Shown: positions 30,707 through 40,141, counted from the first letter of the stretch. The stretch is DNA of 64,000 nt from Rhizobiaceae bacterium (GCA_041742335.1 JBGSIT010000045.1:4992-68991); one strand, 5' to 3'. Notes: generated by a model not told the origin, from the sequence alone. Translations and numbers: made by a program.

Positions 30707-31706
30707 GGTCATTCTCAAAGGCATAAAAAAGAGCTTTGGCGAGACACAGGCCGTCGCATCGCTCGATCTCCACATCCGCGACGGCGAGTTCGTTGTCCTG
30801 CTCGGGCCGACCGGTGCGGGCAAGACGACAACATTGCGGCTGGTAGCGGGCCTGGAAAAGCCCGATGCCGGAACCATGTCGATCGGCGGGCATGACGTCG
30901 GCAGCTATGAGCCTGCTGCACGCGATGTCGCCTTTGTCTTCCAGCAATATTCGCTCTACCCGCATCTGACGGTCTATGAAAACCTGGCCTTTCCGCTGAA
31001 GTCTCCAGTCCGGAAGCTGACGCCCGCCGAAATCGACGCCCGCGTGCAGGAAGTGGCCAAGATGGTGCGTATCGACCACAAGCTTGAAAACCGCTCGACC
31101 AGACTTTCAGGCGGCGAAATGCAACGGGTTGCCATTGGCCGGGCGCTGGTGCGCAAGCCTTCCATCTATCTGATGGACGAGCCGCTTTCTTCGCTTGACG
31201 CCAAGCTGCGCGGCGAATTGCGCATCGAACTCAAGCGCATCCAGCGCGAGCTTGGGTCCACGCTGCTCTATGTCACCCACGACCAGATCGAGGCCATGAC
31301 CATGGCCGACCGCATCGGCATCCTTTCTGATGGCCATCTCGTCCAGATCGGCACGCCGCGCGAAATCTACACAAATCCTGCCAATCTGCATGTCGCCGCC
31401 CGACTGGGCCAGCCGCATATCAACCTGCTGCCTGCCGACTTGTTGCCGGGACCGGATGCGCCGGCTGGCACCCGGACTATCGGCGCGCGCACCGAGCATC
31501 TGGATATCGCCTTCAGCGGCGAGCCAAATGCCAGGATCGGTTGGGTCGAGCATCTGGGTGACCAGAACCACCTGCATATTGAAGTTGGCCAGCACAAGAT
31601 CGTTTCACTTGCGGATCCCTATCTCGACGTCAAGCCGGGCGATCCGATCCATCTGTCGCTGGTTGATCCGCTCTATTTTGACGCCGGAGGCGCAAGGCTG
31701 TCATGA
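30699..31706 (+). CDS. ABC transporter ATP-binding protein (UgpC/MalK-like) 2
   Basis: Walker A (GPTGAGKTT), signature (LSGGEMQRV) and Walker B (IYLMDEPL) are present. ATG 30699 overlaps the upstream gene by 8 nt. The ORF-track start at 30342 is an out-of-context extension. Confidence 0.88.
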   Translation: MAEVILKGIKKSFGETQAVASLDLHIRDGEFVVLLGPTGAGKTTTLRLVAGLEKPDAGTMSIGGHDVGSYEPAARDVAFVFQQYSLYPHLTVYENLAFPLKSPVRKLTPAEIDARVQEVAKMVRIDHKLENRSTRLSGGEMQRVAIGRALVRKPSIYLMDEPLSSLDAKLRGELRIELKRIQRELGSTLLYVTHDQIEAMTMADRIGILSDGHLVQIGTPREIYTNPANLHVAARLGQPHINLLPADLLPGPDAPAGTRTIGARTEHLDIAFSGEPNARIGWVEHLGDQNHLHIEVGQHKIVSLADPYLDVKPGDPIHLSLVDPLYFDAGGARLS

Positions 31707-31770
31707 CGCACAGGGCTTTGATGGTTGGAGTCAAGAACGACCGTGACTGGTCCACTACGGGAAAACGGAA

Positions 31771-33405
31771 ATGAAGCATTTTTTCAATCGCAAGGAAACA
31801 ATCGTCACCGAGGCGCTGGACGGCCTGCTGCGCACGACCCAGCCGGGCAAGCTGGCCCGCCTTGATCTCTATCCCGATATCAAGGTGATCGTCAGGGCCG
31901 ATTGGGACAAATCCCGGGTCGCCGTGATTTCCGGCGGCGGCGCTGGTCATGAGCCTTCCCATGCCGGCTTTGTGGGCGCGGGCATGCTGACGGCTGCCGT
32001 ATCAGGTGAAATCTTTGCTTCGCCTAGTGTGGATGCAGTGCTGACCGCCATCCGGGCGGTTACCGGAAAATCCGGCTGCCTGCTGATCGTCAAGAACTAT
32101 ACCGGCGACCGCCTGAATTTCGGACTGGCGGCGGAAAAGGCGCGCGCGGAAGGCTTTGGCGTGGAAATGGTCATTGTCGCCGACGATATTGCTTTGCCGG
32201 AGATCATCCAGCCGCGCGGTGTCGCCGGAACCCTTTTTGTCCACAAGATCGCCGGCCACCTGGCCGATTCAGGTAAACCTCTATCCGAAGTCGCAGCTGC
32301 CGCCCGTGCGGCTTCAGGCGATATCGTTTCGCTCGGCGTGTCGCTTTCCTCCTGTTCAATTCCCGGTCAGGCGCATGAAGAGCGCCTGGGTCCCGGCGAG
32401 GGCGAGCTGGGTCTGGGGATCCACGGCGAGCCGGGCGTTGAGAAGATAGCCCTGAAATCCGCCGCAGAACTGGTAGCCGTGATGGCCGAACGGCTTGCCG
32501 CGACCTTACCGGTCTCTAGCAGCTTTGCGCTTCTCATCAACAATCTCGGCGCTGTTCCTCCGCTGGAAATGGGCCTCATCGCCGATGTGGTTCTGACCTC
32601 GTCGCTGGCCAGCCGTGTCACCATGGTCATCGGTCCCGCCGCTCTCATGACCGCGCTCAACATGAACGGCTTTTCGCTTTCGCTGATCCGGCTGGACGCT
32701 TTGCGTGAAGCCGCTTTGGTCTCACCGGTCGGCCCGCAGGCATGGCTTGCTCCGGTGCCGTGCCACGACATTGAAGTGGTGTCGCCGCCGGCTGTTCCCA
32801 AGGGACTGGATAGCGTACCGGCAAGCGATGACGCGACGACGCGCAGGCTGCTTGTTGAAGCCTGCAACCGGCTTGTGTCGCTTGAAAGCGAATTGAACCA
32901 GCTTGACGCGCGTTCGGGTGATGGCGATACCGGCTCGACTGTTTCTACCGGCGCACGCGCGGTGCTTGCGGCCATCGATGGCTTGCCGCTTGCCGATCCC
33001 GCCGCCGTGATGGCCGCAATCGGCAGCCTGCTTGCCAAGTCGATGGGCGGATCGAGCGGGGTGCTGATGTCGATCTTCTTCACAGCTGCGGCAAAAGCGC
33101 TGGAAAATCAGAAAGATGTTGCCAAGGCGCTTGCAGCCGGGCTTGAAAGAATGACATTTTACGGTGGCGCGCACCCGGGTGACAGGACGATGGTCGATGC
33201 CTTGGCGCCGGGGCTTGAGGCTTTGGCGATATCCGGTCTGGATGGTGCGGCCAGGGCCGCCCGCAAGGGTGCGGAGGCCACCAAGTCGATGACCAAGGCA
33301 AAAGCGGGCCGGGCGTCATATGTGAACGCGGAAAATCTTGCCGGGATTGCCGATCCGGGCGCTGTCGCCGTGGCTGCGGTTTTTGAACTGGCGGCCTCGT
33401 TGTGA
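31771..33405 (+). CDS. dihydroxyacetone kinase, fused DhaK-DhaL (two-domain, ATP-dependent type)
   Basis: 544 aa. The K domain carries GGGAGHEP, LIVKNYTGDRLNF and GLGIHGEPG. The L domain carries DARSGDGDTGST and the C-terminal phosphoryl-transfer region. Confidence 0.88.
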   Translation: MKHFFNRKETIVTEALDGLLRTTQPGKLARLDLYPDIKVIVRADWDKSRVAVISGGGAGHEPSHAGFVGAGMLTAAVSGEIFASPSVDAVLTAIRAVTGKSGCLLIVKNYTGDRLNFGLAAEKARAEGFGVEMVIVADDIALPEIIQPRGVAGTLFVHKIAGHLADSGKPLSEVAAAARAASGDIVSLGVSLSSCSIPGQAHEERLGPGEGELGLGIHGEPGVEKIALKSAAELVAVMAERLAATLPVSSSFALLINNLGAVPPLEMGLIADVVLTSSLASRVTMVIGPAALMTALNMNGFSLSLIRLDALREAALVSPVGPQAWLAPVPCHDIEVVSPPAVPKGLDSVPASDDATTRRLLVEACNRLVSLESELNQLDARSGDGDTGSTVSTGARAVLAAIDGLPLADPAAVMAAIGSLLAKSMGGSSGVLMSIFFTAAAKALENQKDVAKALAAGLERMTFYGGAHPGDRTMVDALAPGLEALAISGLDGAARAARKGAEATKSMTKAKAGRASYVNAENLAGIADPGAVAVAAVFELAASL

Positions 33406-33429
33406 CCCGAACTGTCAAGGGATAAAGCA

Positions 33430-34050
33430 TTGCCGCCAGACACGCTGCCGCTGCTCGATCTCATTGAAGAGTGCCGTAACGCAATAGGCGGCAATGTCGA
33501 TCTGCTTTGCGCACTGGACCGGGAAATTGGCGATGGCGACCATGGCACCAACATGCAGCGCGGCATGCAGGCGCTGGTTCAAAACCAACATGAACTTGCG
33601 GCAATGCCGACTTGGCAGGCCATTGAGGAGATCGGGATGATTCTGGTTTCCAGCATTGGCGGCGCGGCCGGTCCGCTCTATGGAACCTTGATGATTGAAT
33701 TGGGCCGCGGCATGAAAGACGGCGGCGGCGGGCAAACATTCCGGCAAAGCTATGCGCATGCGGTGGACGCAGTGGGAAGACGCGGCCGTGCTTGCGTCGG
33801 AGACAAGACGTTGCTCGATGTTCTGGCACCTGTCAGGGATGATTTGCAGAGGGATCCGGGTTTGCCGGCCATAGCTGCAAGCGCCCGTGAGGCCGCAGAA
33901 AAGACGAGGGATTTGCTGGCCCGGCGCGGGCGCGCCTCCTGGCTTGGGGACCGCTCCATCGGCCATGTTGATCCCGGTGCGCAAAGCTGCGCATTGTTGG
34001 TAGAAGCGATTTGCATTTGTCTTGAAAGGGGCAACCATGATGACCGGTGA
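33430..34050 (+). CDS. dhaL: dihydroxyacetone kinase ADP-binding subunit DhaL
   Basis: About 206 aa with DREIGDGDHGTNM and the GGAAGPLYG motif. The start appears to be TTG 33430, since there is no in-frame ATG near the N-terminus. Confidence 0.82.
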   Translation: MPPDTLPLLDLIEECRNAIGGNVDLLCALDREIGDGDHGTNMQRGMQALVQNQHELAAMPTWQAIEEIGMILVSSIGGAAGPLYGTLMIELGRGMKDGGGGQTFRQSYAHAVDAVGRRGRACVGDKTLLDVLAPVRDDLQRDPGLPAIAASAREAAEKTRDLLARRGRASWLGDRSIGHVDPGAQSCALLVEAICICLERGNHDDR

Positions 34051-34441
34051 AGGGCGAAATGTAGGGATCGTGATCGTATCGCATTCACCGCTTGTTGCCG
34101 AAGGCACGGCCGACATGGTGGTGCAGATGGTGGGCGAGCAGGTCTCCGTCTCATGGTGCGGCGGCAATCCCGATGGCGGGCTCGGCACCAATGCGAGAAG
34201 CATCCACGACGCCATATTGAAGGCTTGGTCACCGGCAGGCGTGGCGGTATTTGTCGATCTGGGCGGGGCTGAAACCAATAGCGAAATGGCCATTGAAATG
34301 CTGGGACCGGAACGCGCAGCCCTCGTGATGATCTGCAATGCGCCGATTGTCGAGGGCGCCGTGATTGCGGCAGCGGAGGCGTCCGGCGGCGCATCGCTTC
34401 AAAAGATTGTCGCCACCGCCGAGGAGCTTTCACCGCGATGA
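34037..34441 (+). CDS. dhaM: DhaM phosphotransfer subunit, EIIA(Man)-like domain only
   Basis: VGIVIVSHSPLVAEGTADMV.. closely parallels the N-terminal domain of E. coli DhaM (LVIVSHSSRLGEGV). ATG 34037 overlaps the dhaL end by 14 nt. Confidence 0.82.
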   Translation: MMTGEGRNVGIVIVSHSPLVAEGTADMVVQMVGEQVSVSWCGGNPDGGLGTNARSIHDAILKAWSPAGVAVFVDLGGAETNSEMAIEMLGPERAALVMICNAPIVEGAVIAAAEASGGASLQKIVATAEELSPR

Positions 34442-34466
34442 TGCGCAAGAGACGGCGGAGGCAGGA

Positions 34467-34769
34467 TTGAGAGCGTCCCGGCAGACCGAGATTGAGGTGA
34501 CCCACGGGGTCGGGCTGCACGCCCGGCCGTCGGTGACCTTTACGCGGCTTGCCAAATCCTTTCCCTGCAGCATCGAGATCGAGGTGGATGGCAGCCAGGT
34601 CTGGATCAATGGCAAAAGCATCGTCAAGGTCATGGGCGCACGCATCCGCAAGGGCTCCATTCTGCGCATCCGGGCGGAAGGCATTCTGGCAAATGAGGCG
34701 GTGGCCGCGCTGGAAGACCTCGTCCGGCGGAATTTCGATGAGGAAAAGGGCCATGCAGTCAGGCCGTGA
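34467..34769 (+). CDS. HPr-family phosphocarrier protein
   Basis: The translation ..TEIEVTHGVGLHARPSVTFTRLAKSF.. contains the HPr active-site GLHARP block. There is no in-frame ATG. TTG 34467 is preceded by GGAGGCAGGA. Confidence 0.7.
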   Translation: MRASRQTEIEVTHGVGLHARPSVTFTRLAKSFPCSIEIEVDGSQVWINGKSIVKVMGARIRKGSILRIRAEGILANEAVAALEDLVRRNFDEEKGHAVRP

Positions 34770-36366
34770 CATCACCGGGCGCTGTGCTTCGCCGGGCTTT
34801 TATGTCGGTGAGGTTTTTCTGGCGACGCCGCTTGCGGACCGCTATGGCGATAGTGACGGGCCGGGCGTCGAACAAGCACGGCTTGACCGATCCGTTGCAA
34901 CCGCAATAGCGGAATTGACTGCATTGACGGGCGACAAGGATTCACAAAGCACCGCAATTTTAGAGTTCCAGATCGAGATGCTGATGGATCCGGAAATTCT
35001 TGAAGAGGCGAACAAATGCGTCAAACAGGGTCAAGGCGCGGAGCTTGCCTGGGCGACGGCGATGGATCGCTATGTCACCAGTTTCCAGACGTCGGATGAT
35101 GAGGCGGTGCGGGCGCGGGCCGCCGACATGACCGATATCCGCAACCGGGTGCTGGCGGCTTTGGCGGGGCGGACCTTTGTCGATTTTCCGGCAGGCTCCA
35201 TCTATGCCGCGCAGGATATGGAGCCCAGCCTGTTTTTGATGCATGACTGGTCGCGCGGCGGCGCTGTCGTGCTTTCCGCAGGCAGCACCTCCAGCCATGT
35301 GGCCATGCTGGCGCGCGCGCGGTCCATCCCCATGCTGGTGGCTACAGGACCGCAGGGGCTTGCAGATGGCGCAAGGCTGTTGGTCGATGCGAATTCCGGG
35401 CGGGCTTCGTTGTATGGCGGCGATGCGATTGCACCGGGCAATGCATCGGGTGACCCGGATGCCGCGGTTGCTGTTGTGCAGGGAAATGACGATGGCCACG
35501 TTCTGCTGGGTGACGGGCGCTCACTTTCGATCAGCGTCAACATCAATGACATGGGTGAAACCAGCCTTGTCGATCCCGGCTCCATCGCTGGCGTCGGGCT
35601 GGTCAGAAGCGAGTTTCTGCTGCGCTCTGCAGCCGACCTTGCCGATGAAGAGCGCCACTATGCGCTCTATCGCGCAGTGCTTGACTGGGCGGGCGGAAAG
35701 CCTGTGACCATTCGGCTGCTCGATCTTGGCGGCGACAAGCCGGTGGCAGGTATGGGGCCGACAGGGGGCGGCGGCCATTCAATGCTGGGCTTGCGCGGTA
35801 TTCGGTTCCTGCTCGCCAGGCCGGAGATCATGCGCATTCAGGCCCGCGCCCTCTTGCGGGCAGGTGCAGGCGGTCGCGTCAGGGTGCTGGTTCCGTTGGT
35901 GACGGTCAGTTCGGAGATGGAAGCGACGAGAAGGATTTTTGAAGACGAGGCCAAGGCGCTGGCGCATCGTGAGATCGACGTGAACGTGCCGCCCATCGGC
36001 ATGATGGTTGAAGTTCCGGCCGCCGCGCTGATGCTGGAGACTTTCGGCGTCGCGGATTTCTTTTCGCTCGGCACGAATGACCTTGCCCAATATATTGCCG
36101 CAGCGGGCCGGGACAATGACAGCGTCCAGCCTTTGATTGATTCGACAATGCCGGCCCTGCTGCGCATGATCGCCATGGTCGCTGAAAGCGCGCGGCGCAT
36201 GGGCAAGGACTTGTCGATCTGCGGTGATCTGGCTGGCGATCCGGATCGGCTTGCCGATTTGACCGGGGTCGGCCTGCTGCAGTTTTCTGTGGCGCCATCA
36301 AGGATCAAGCCGCTAAAGTCGGCTGTCGGCATGCTGGTTGCCGGCCAAAACAGAAAAGACGGGTGA
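34753..36366 (+). CDS. phosphoenolpyruvate--protein phosphotransferase (full-length Enzyme I homologue)
   Basis: The N-terminus ITGRCASPGF parallels E. coli EI (ISGILASPGI). The active-site His region (GSTSSHVAMLARARSIPMLV) and C-terminal PEP-utilising domain motifs (LGTNDLAQY, SICGDLAGD) are present. The ATG overlaps the HPr gene by 17 nt. Confidence 0.85.
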   Translation: MQSGRDITGRCASPGFYVGEVFLATPLADRYGDSDGPGVEQARLDRSVATAIAELTALTGDKDSQSTAILEFQIEMLMDPEILEEANKCVKQGQGAELAWATAMDRYVTSFQTSDDEAVRARAADMTDIRNRVLAALAGRTFVDFPAGSIYAAQDMEPSLFLMHDWSRGGAVVLSAGSTSSHVAMLARARSIPMLVATGPQGLADGARLLVDANSGRASLYGGDAIAPGNASGDPDAAVAVVQGNDDGHVLLGDGRSLSISVNINDMGETSLVDPGSIAGVGLVRSEFLLRSAADLADEERHYALYRAVLDWAGGKPVTIRLLDLGGDKPVAGMGPTGGGGHSMLGLRGIRFLLARPEIMRIQARALLRAGAGGRVRVLVPLVTVSSEMEATRRIFEDEAKALAHREIDVNVPPIGMMVEVPAAALMLETFGVADFFSLGTNDLAQYIAAAGRDNDSVQPLIDSTMPALLRMIAMVAESARRMGKDLSICGDLAGDPDRLADLTGVGLLQFSVAPSRIKPLKSAVGMLVAGQNRKDG

Positions 36367-36782
36367 GCAGTTTGGCACGCGAACCGATGGAAACCGCCAT
36401 AGTGGCCTACAAGACGATCCTGGCCGCCATCATCGACAATCGTCCGTCGGGCACTCGGCAAAGGCTGGCCGATGCCTTGGGGAAACATCGCAGTTTCGTC
36501 ACGCAAGTCACAAGTCCGGCCTATTCGACGCCGCTGCCGTCGCGCCATGTGGCCACCGTCTTCAAGGTTTGCCATTTCAGCCCGTCCGAACAGGAACGGT
36601 TCTTGAAGGCATATCAGGCGGCGCATCCGGACAAACTGCCCGACCTGCCAAACGGCGACGGCCTGCGGTCCTTGTCGCTGATGCTGCCTGATCTCAAGGA
36701 CGACAAGAAGAACCACCTGCTGGATGAGGCGGTCACTGAGTTCGTCCAGAAGCTTGCCGGCATTCTCGGCCAAAAGGAGTGA
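36363..36782 (+). CDS. small putative HTH DNA-binding protein (uncharacterised)
   Basis: About 131-139 aa. The segment RQRLADALGKHRSFVTQVTS looks like a helix-turn-helix. GTG 36363 overlaps the EI stop; ATG 36387 is an alternative start. I recognise no family. Confidence 0.5.
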   Translation: MSSLAREPMETAIVAYKTILAAIIDNRPSGTRQRLADALGKHRSFVTQVTSPAYSTPLPSRHVATVFKVCHFSPSEQERFLKAYQAAHPDKLPDLPNGDGLRSLSLMLPDLKDDKKNHLLDEAVTEFVQKLAGILGQKE

Positions 36783-36918
36783 AGGATGTCATGAACATTG
36801 GCTGTCCGGTTGCCTCGGTCCCATTGACAGGATCTGCGTTTTCGCAGTTTCAGCATGCGCGACTTGACGCATCTTGCAAGCATGCGCATTTTTGCTCTGC
36901 ACTGCTCCTGGAGGCGGA

Positions 36919-37920
36919 ATGAAAAAATTCATCAACAGGCCTGAACGCATGGCTGCCGAAAGCCTTGAAGGCTTCGTCGCGGTCCATGACGGGCTTGTCT
37001 GTTTCGGGGAGGGTCAGAAATTCGTTTGCCGAAAGACGCTTGTGCCGGGCAAGGTCGGATTGATATCCGGCGGGGGAGCGGGACACGAACCGCTTCACAC
37101 CGGGTTTATCGGTCGCGGAATGCTGGACGCCGCCTGCACCGGGCATATTTTCACCTCGCCGACGCCTGACCAGATCGTAGCCGCCATCCGCCATGTCGAT
37201 ACCGGCGCGGGTTGCCTGCTGATCGTCAAGAATTATGACGGCGATGTCATGAATTTTGAAATGGCGGCAGAAATGGTCGCCGGACAGCATCGGGTTGAAA
37301 CAGTCATTGTCGGTGACGATGTTGCCGGGCGATCCCTGCGCAGTTCCGGCCGCCGGGGTGTCGCGGGCACATTGGTAATCGAAAGACTGCTGGGTGCGAT
37401 GGCCGAAAGCGGCGCGGACCTCGAAAAGCTGAAAGCCTTTGCCGACCGTATCGCCCCGAGGATAAGATCAATGGGCGTTGCGCTGAACGGCGCCATCCTG
37501 CCGGCAACCGAAATTGCAACTTTCATTCTCGGACCTGACGAAATGGAAGTCGGGGTCGGCATTCACGGCGAACCGGGGCGGGCGCGGGCGACCTTTGCCG
37601 ATGCTGAAAGCATCATCGGCATGCTTGCGGATGCCATTATGGCCGATTTGCCGCAAGCCGGCCATGACAACACGCTGCTCTTCGTCAACGGTTTCGGCGC
37701 CACGCCGCCGGCCGAACTCTATCTTGCCTATCACATTGCGCGCGCCCGGCTTGAGCAAAGCGGCGTGGTCATCGGCCGCTCGCTGACCGGGACCTATGTG
37801 ACGTCGCTGGATACAGCCGGGCTCAGCCTGACGGTTGCGCTGATGGATGACGAAATGACGGCTCTGTGGGATCAGGAATTGGAGACGCCGGCCCTGCGAT
37901 GGAGCGCGGCGCATGGTTGA
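36919..37920 (+). CDS. dhaK: dihydroxyacetone kinase substrate-binding subunit DhaK (stand-alone)
   Basis: 333 aa with GGGAGHEP, LIVKNYDGDVMNF and GVGIHGEPG. GGAGG RBS lies before ATG 36919. Confidence 0.88.
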   Translation: MKKFINRPERMAAESLEGFVAVHDGLVCFGEGQKFVCRKTLVPGKVGLISGGGAGHEPLHTGFIGRGMLDAACTGHIFTSPTPDQIVAAIRHVDTGAGCLLIVKNYDGDVMNFEMAAEMVAGQHRVETVIVGDDVAGRSLRSSGRRGVAGTLVIERLLGAMAESGADLEKLKAFADRIAPRIRSMGVALNGAILPATEIATFILGPDEMEVGVGIHGEPGRARATFADAESIIGMLADAIMADLPQAGHDNTLLFVNGFGATPPAELYLAYHIARARLEQSGVVIGRSLTGTYVTSLDTAGLSLTVALMDDEMTALWDQELETPALRWSAAHG

Positions 37921-37931
37921 AAGGCTATGAC

Positions 37932-38486
37932 ATGTCCATCCGTTGTTCGGTTTTCATCGCGACCAGCCTTGACGGCTATATTTCCCGCGACGACGGCTCC
38001 ATCGACTGGCTCGAAAAAGCCAACACGCTGATTCCCCAAGGTGAGGATTGCTGCTATGGGGAATTCATGGCCGATGTCGATGTTCTGGTCATGGGTCGCA
38101 ATTCGTTTGAAATGGTTCTGGGTTTTGATGCCTGGTTTTATGGCACGACGCCGGTCATCGTGCTGAGCAGCCGCCCGCTTGTCGTGCCCGATCATCTGTC
38201 TGAATGGGTGACAACGTCAAGCGAGCAGCCGCAGACCTTGCTGAAACGGCTGGAAAAGAACGGAACCCGCCACGCTTATATTGACGGCGGGGTTACGATC
38301 CAGCGGTTTCTCGCCGCTGACGCCATCGACAGGATCATCGTGACGACGATACCGGTCCTGCTGGGTTCGGGGCGCCGGCTGTTCGGAGCGATGGACCGGG
38401 ACATCGAGCTTCAACACATATCCACGAAATCCTACAATTTCGGGTTTGTGCAAAGCACCTGGGATGTCATCAAGCCATCGCGATGA
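37932..38486 (+). CDS. dihydrofolate reductase family protein (RibD C-terminal-like)
   Basis: 185 aa. The pattern IATSLDGYISRDDGSIDWL..VMGRNSFE..YIDGG is typical of the RibD_C/DHFR-like family. Confidence 0.7.
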   Translation: MSIRCSVFIATSLDGYISRDDGSIDWLEKANTLIPQGEDCCYGEFMADVDVLVMGRNSFEMVLGFDAWFYGTTPVIVLSSRPLVVPDHLSEWVTTSSEQPQTLLKRLEKNGTRHAYIDGGVTIQRFLAADAIDRIIVTTIPVLLGSGRRLFGAMDRDIELQHISTKSYNFGFVQSTWDVIKPSR

Positions 38487-38494
38487 GACCGCCG

Positions 38495-40141
38495 TCAGGC
38501 CAGCCCGAGCCAGCCGATCTGCTTGGCCTCAGCTTCGTTTTTCGCGTCTTCATAGCCTGCATCGGCGTAACGCATGACCCCGATTGACGTGTCATTTGTC
38601 AGCGACATTGAAAGCCGCATCCGGGCGGCTTCGGTGCCGTCGGCAATCAAGGTCACGCCCGCGCTGGTCATATAACCGGTATAGCCGCCGCCGCCGGAAT
38701 GGACGACCACCAGATCGGCCATGGATGAGCATAGCGCCATGGCGTCCAGCAATGGCCAGTCGGCAATGGCGTCCGATCCATCTTTCATGTTCTCGGTCAT
38801 GATATTAGGATGGGCCATGGAGCCGGCGTCAAGGTGATCGCGCGAAAAGGCAACCGGACTTTTCAGCCTGCCTGCGGCAACCAGATCATTGACCGCGACA
38901 GCAAGGTCGGTTCGCGCGCCATGGCCAAGCCAGGCAATACGGGCCGGAAGGCCCTCAAAAGGCACATTCTGCCGCGCCAGCCTGATCCAGTTGGTAACGA
39001 TCCGGTCATCGGGAAACATTTCAAGCACCAGATCGTCGATGATCCGGATATCGTCGGCATCGCCTGACAAGGCCATCCAGCGGAACGGTCCGATGGCGCG
39101 GCAGAAAAGCGGCCGCAAATAGGCCTCGGTGAAAATCGGAATGTCAAAGGCGTTTGTCACGCCGCCGTCGCGGGCATGGGTGCGGATGAGGTTGCCATTG
39201 TCAAACACCTCCGCACCTTTGGCCTGAAAATCCAGCATGGCGCGGACATGATCGACAATCGAAGCGCGGCTTTCTGCCATCAGCCTGGCAGGATCGCTTT
39301 TGCGCATGGCGCGCACCTGATCGAGACTGTAGCCCTTGGGAACATAGCCATAGACAAGATCGTGGGCCGCCGTCTGGTCGGTGACAATATCGGGCACGAT
39401 GCCGCGCCGGGCGATCTCGGGGTAGATCTCGGCGGCATTGCCGACCAGCGCAATGGAAACGGCTTCGCCTGCCTGGCAGGCAACGGCGATTTGCGTCAGC
39501 GCGCTGTCGAGGTCAGGCGCGATGCGGTCGACATAGCCGATGGCCTTGCGTTTTTGCGCCCGCTCGGGGTCGATATCGACACACAAGATGGCCGCCCCCG
39601 CCATGCGGCCTGCCAGCGGTTGAGCGCCTCCCATGCCGCCGAGGCCCGCAGTCAGGATGAACTTGCCTTTCAGCGATCCGTCAAACCGGTTTTCAGCGAT
39701 GCGCATGAAGATTTCATAGGTGCCCTGTATGACGCCCTGGCTGCCGATATATTGCCAGGCGCCGGCCGTCAGCCCGCCCCAGCAGATCAGGCCCTTGTCC
39801 TGCAGGTCATAAAAGGTCTCGGCCTTGGCCCATTGGCCGACAATGTTGCAATTGGCCATGATCACCAGCGGCGCCTGGGCGTGGGTCCTGATCAGGCCGA
39901 CAGGCTTGCCGGACTGGATGAGCAGGGTCTGGTCTTCCTCCATGGTCGTCAAGGTGCTGACGATCTTGTCATGGGCGGCCCAGTTGCGTGCGGCCTTGCC
40001 GAGCGCCGCATAGACGATCAGATTGTCAGGGTCCTCACCGACCGACAATACATTTTCCATGAGCCTGAGCAGCGATTCCTGACGCCAGCCCTTGGCGCGC
40101 AAGGCAGAACCGCCGGGTACCGGAAAACGCGGATTGGCCAT
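38495..40141 (-). CDS. urocanate hydratase family protein, proposed thiourocanate hydratase
   Basis: 548 aa. Urocanase blocks are present (GWRQE, YAALGKAARNW, LIQSGKPVG, GLTAGAWQYIGSQG, NAD site LTAGLGGMGGAQP). Its context is the ergothioneine-type operon. ATG 40141 is preferred to the ORF-track start at 40279. Confidence 0.8.
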   Translation of the reverse strand: MANPRFPVPGGSALRAKGWRQESLLRLMENVLSVGEDPDNLIVYAALGKAARNWAAHDKIVSTLTTMEEDQTLLIQSGKPVGLIRTHAQAPLVIMANCNIVGQWAKAETFYDLQDKGLICWGGLTAGAWQYIGSQGVIQGTYEIFMRIAENRFDGSLKGKFILTAGLGGMGGAQPLAGRMAGAAILCVDIDPERAQKRKAIGYVDRIAPDLDSALTQIAVACQAGEAVSIALVGNAAEIYPEIARRGIVPDIVTDQTAAHDLVYGYVPKGYSLDQVRAMRKSDPARLMAESRASIVDHVRAMLDFQAKGAEVFDNGNLIRTHARDGGVTNAFDIPIFTEAYLRPLFCRAIGPFRWMALSGDADDIRIIDDLVLEMFPDDRIVTNWIRLARQNVPFEGLPARIAWLGHGARTDLAVAVNDLVAAGRLKSPVAFSRDHLDAGSMAHPNIMTENMKDGSDAIADWPLLDAMALCSSMADLVVVHSGGGGYTGYMTSAGVTLIADGTEAARMRLSMSLTNDTSIGVMRYADAGYEDAKNEAEAKQIGWLGLA

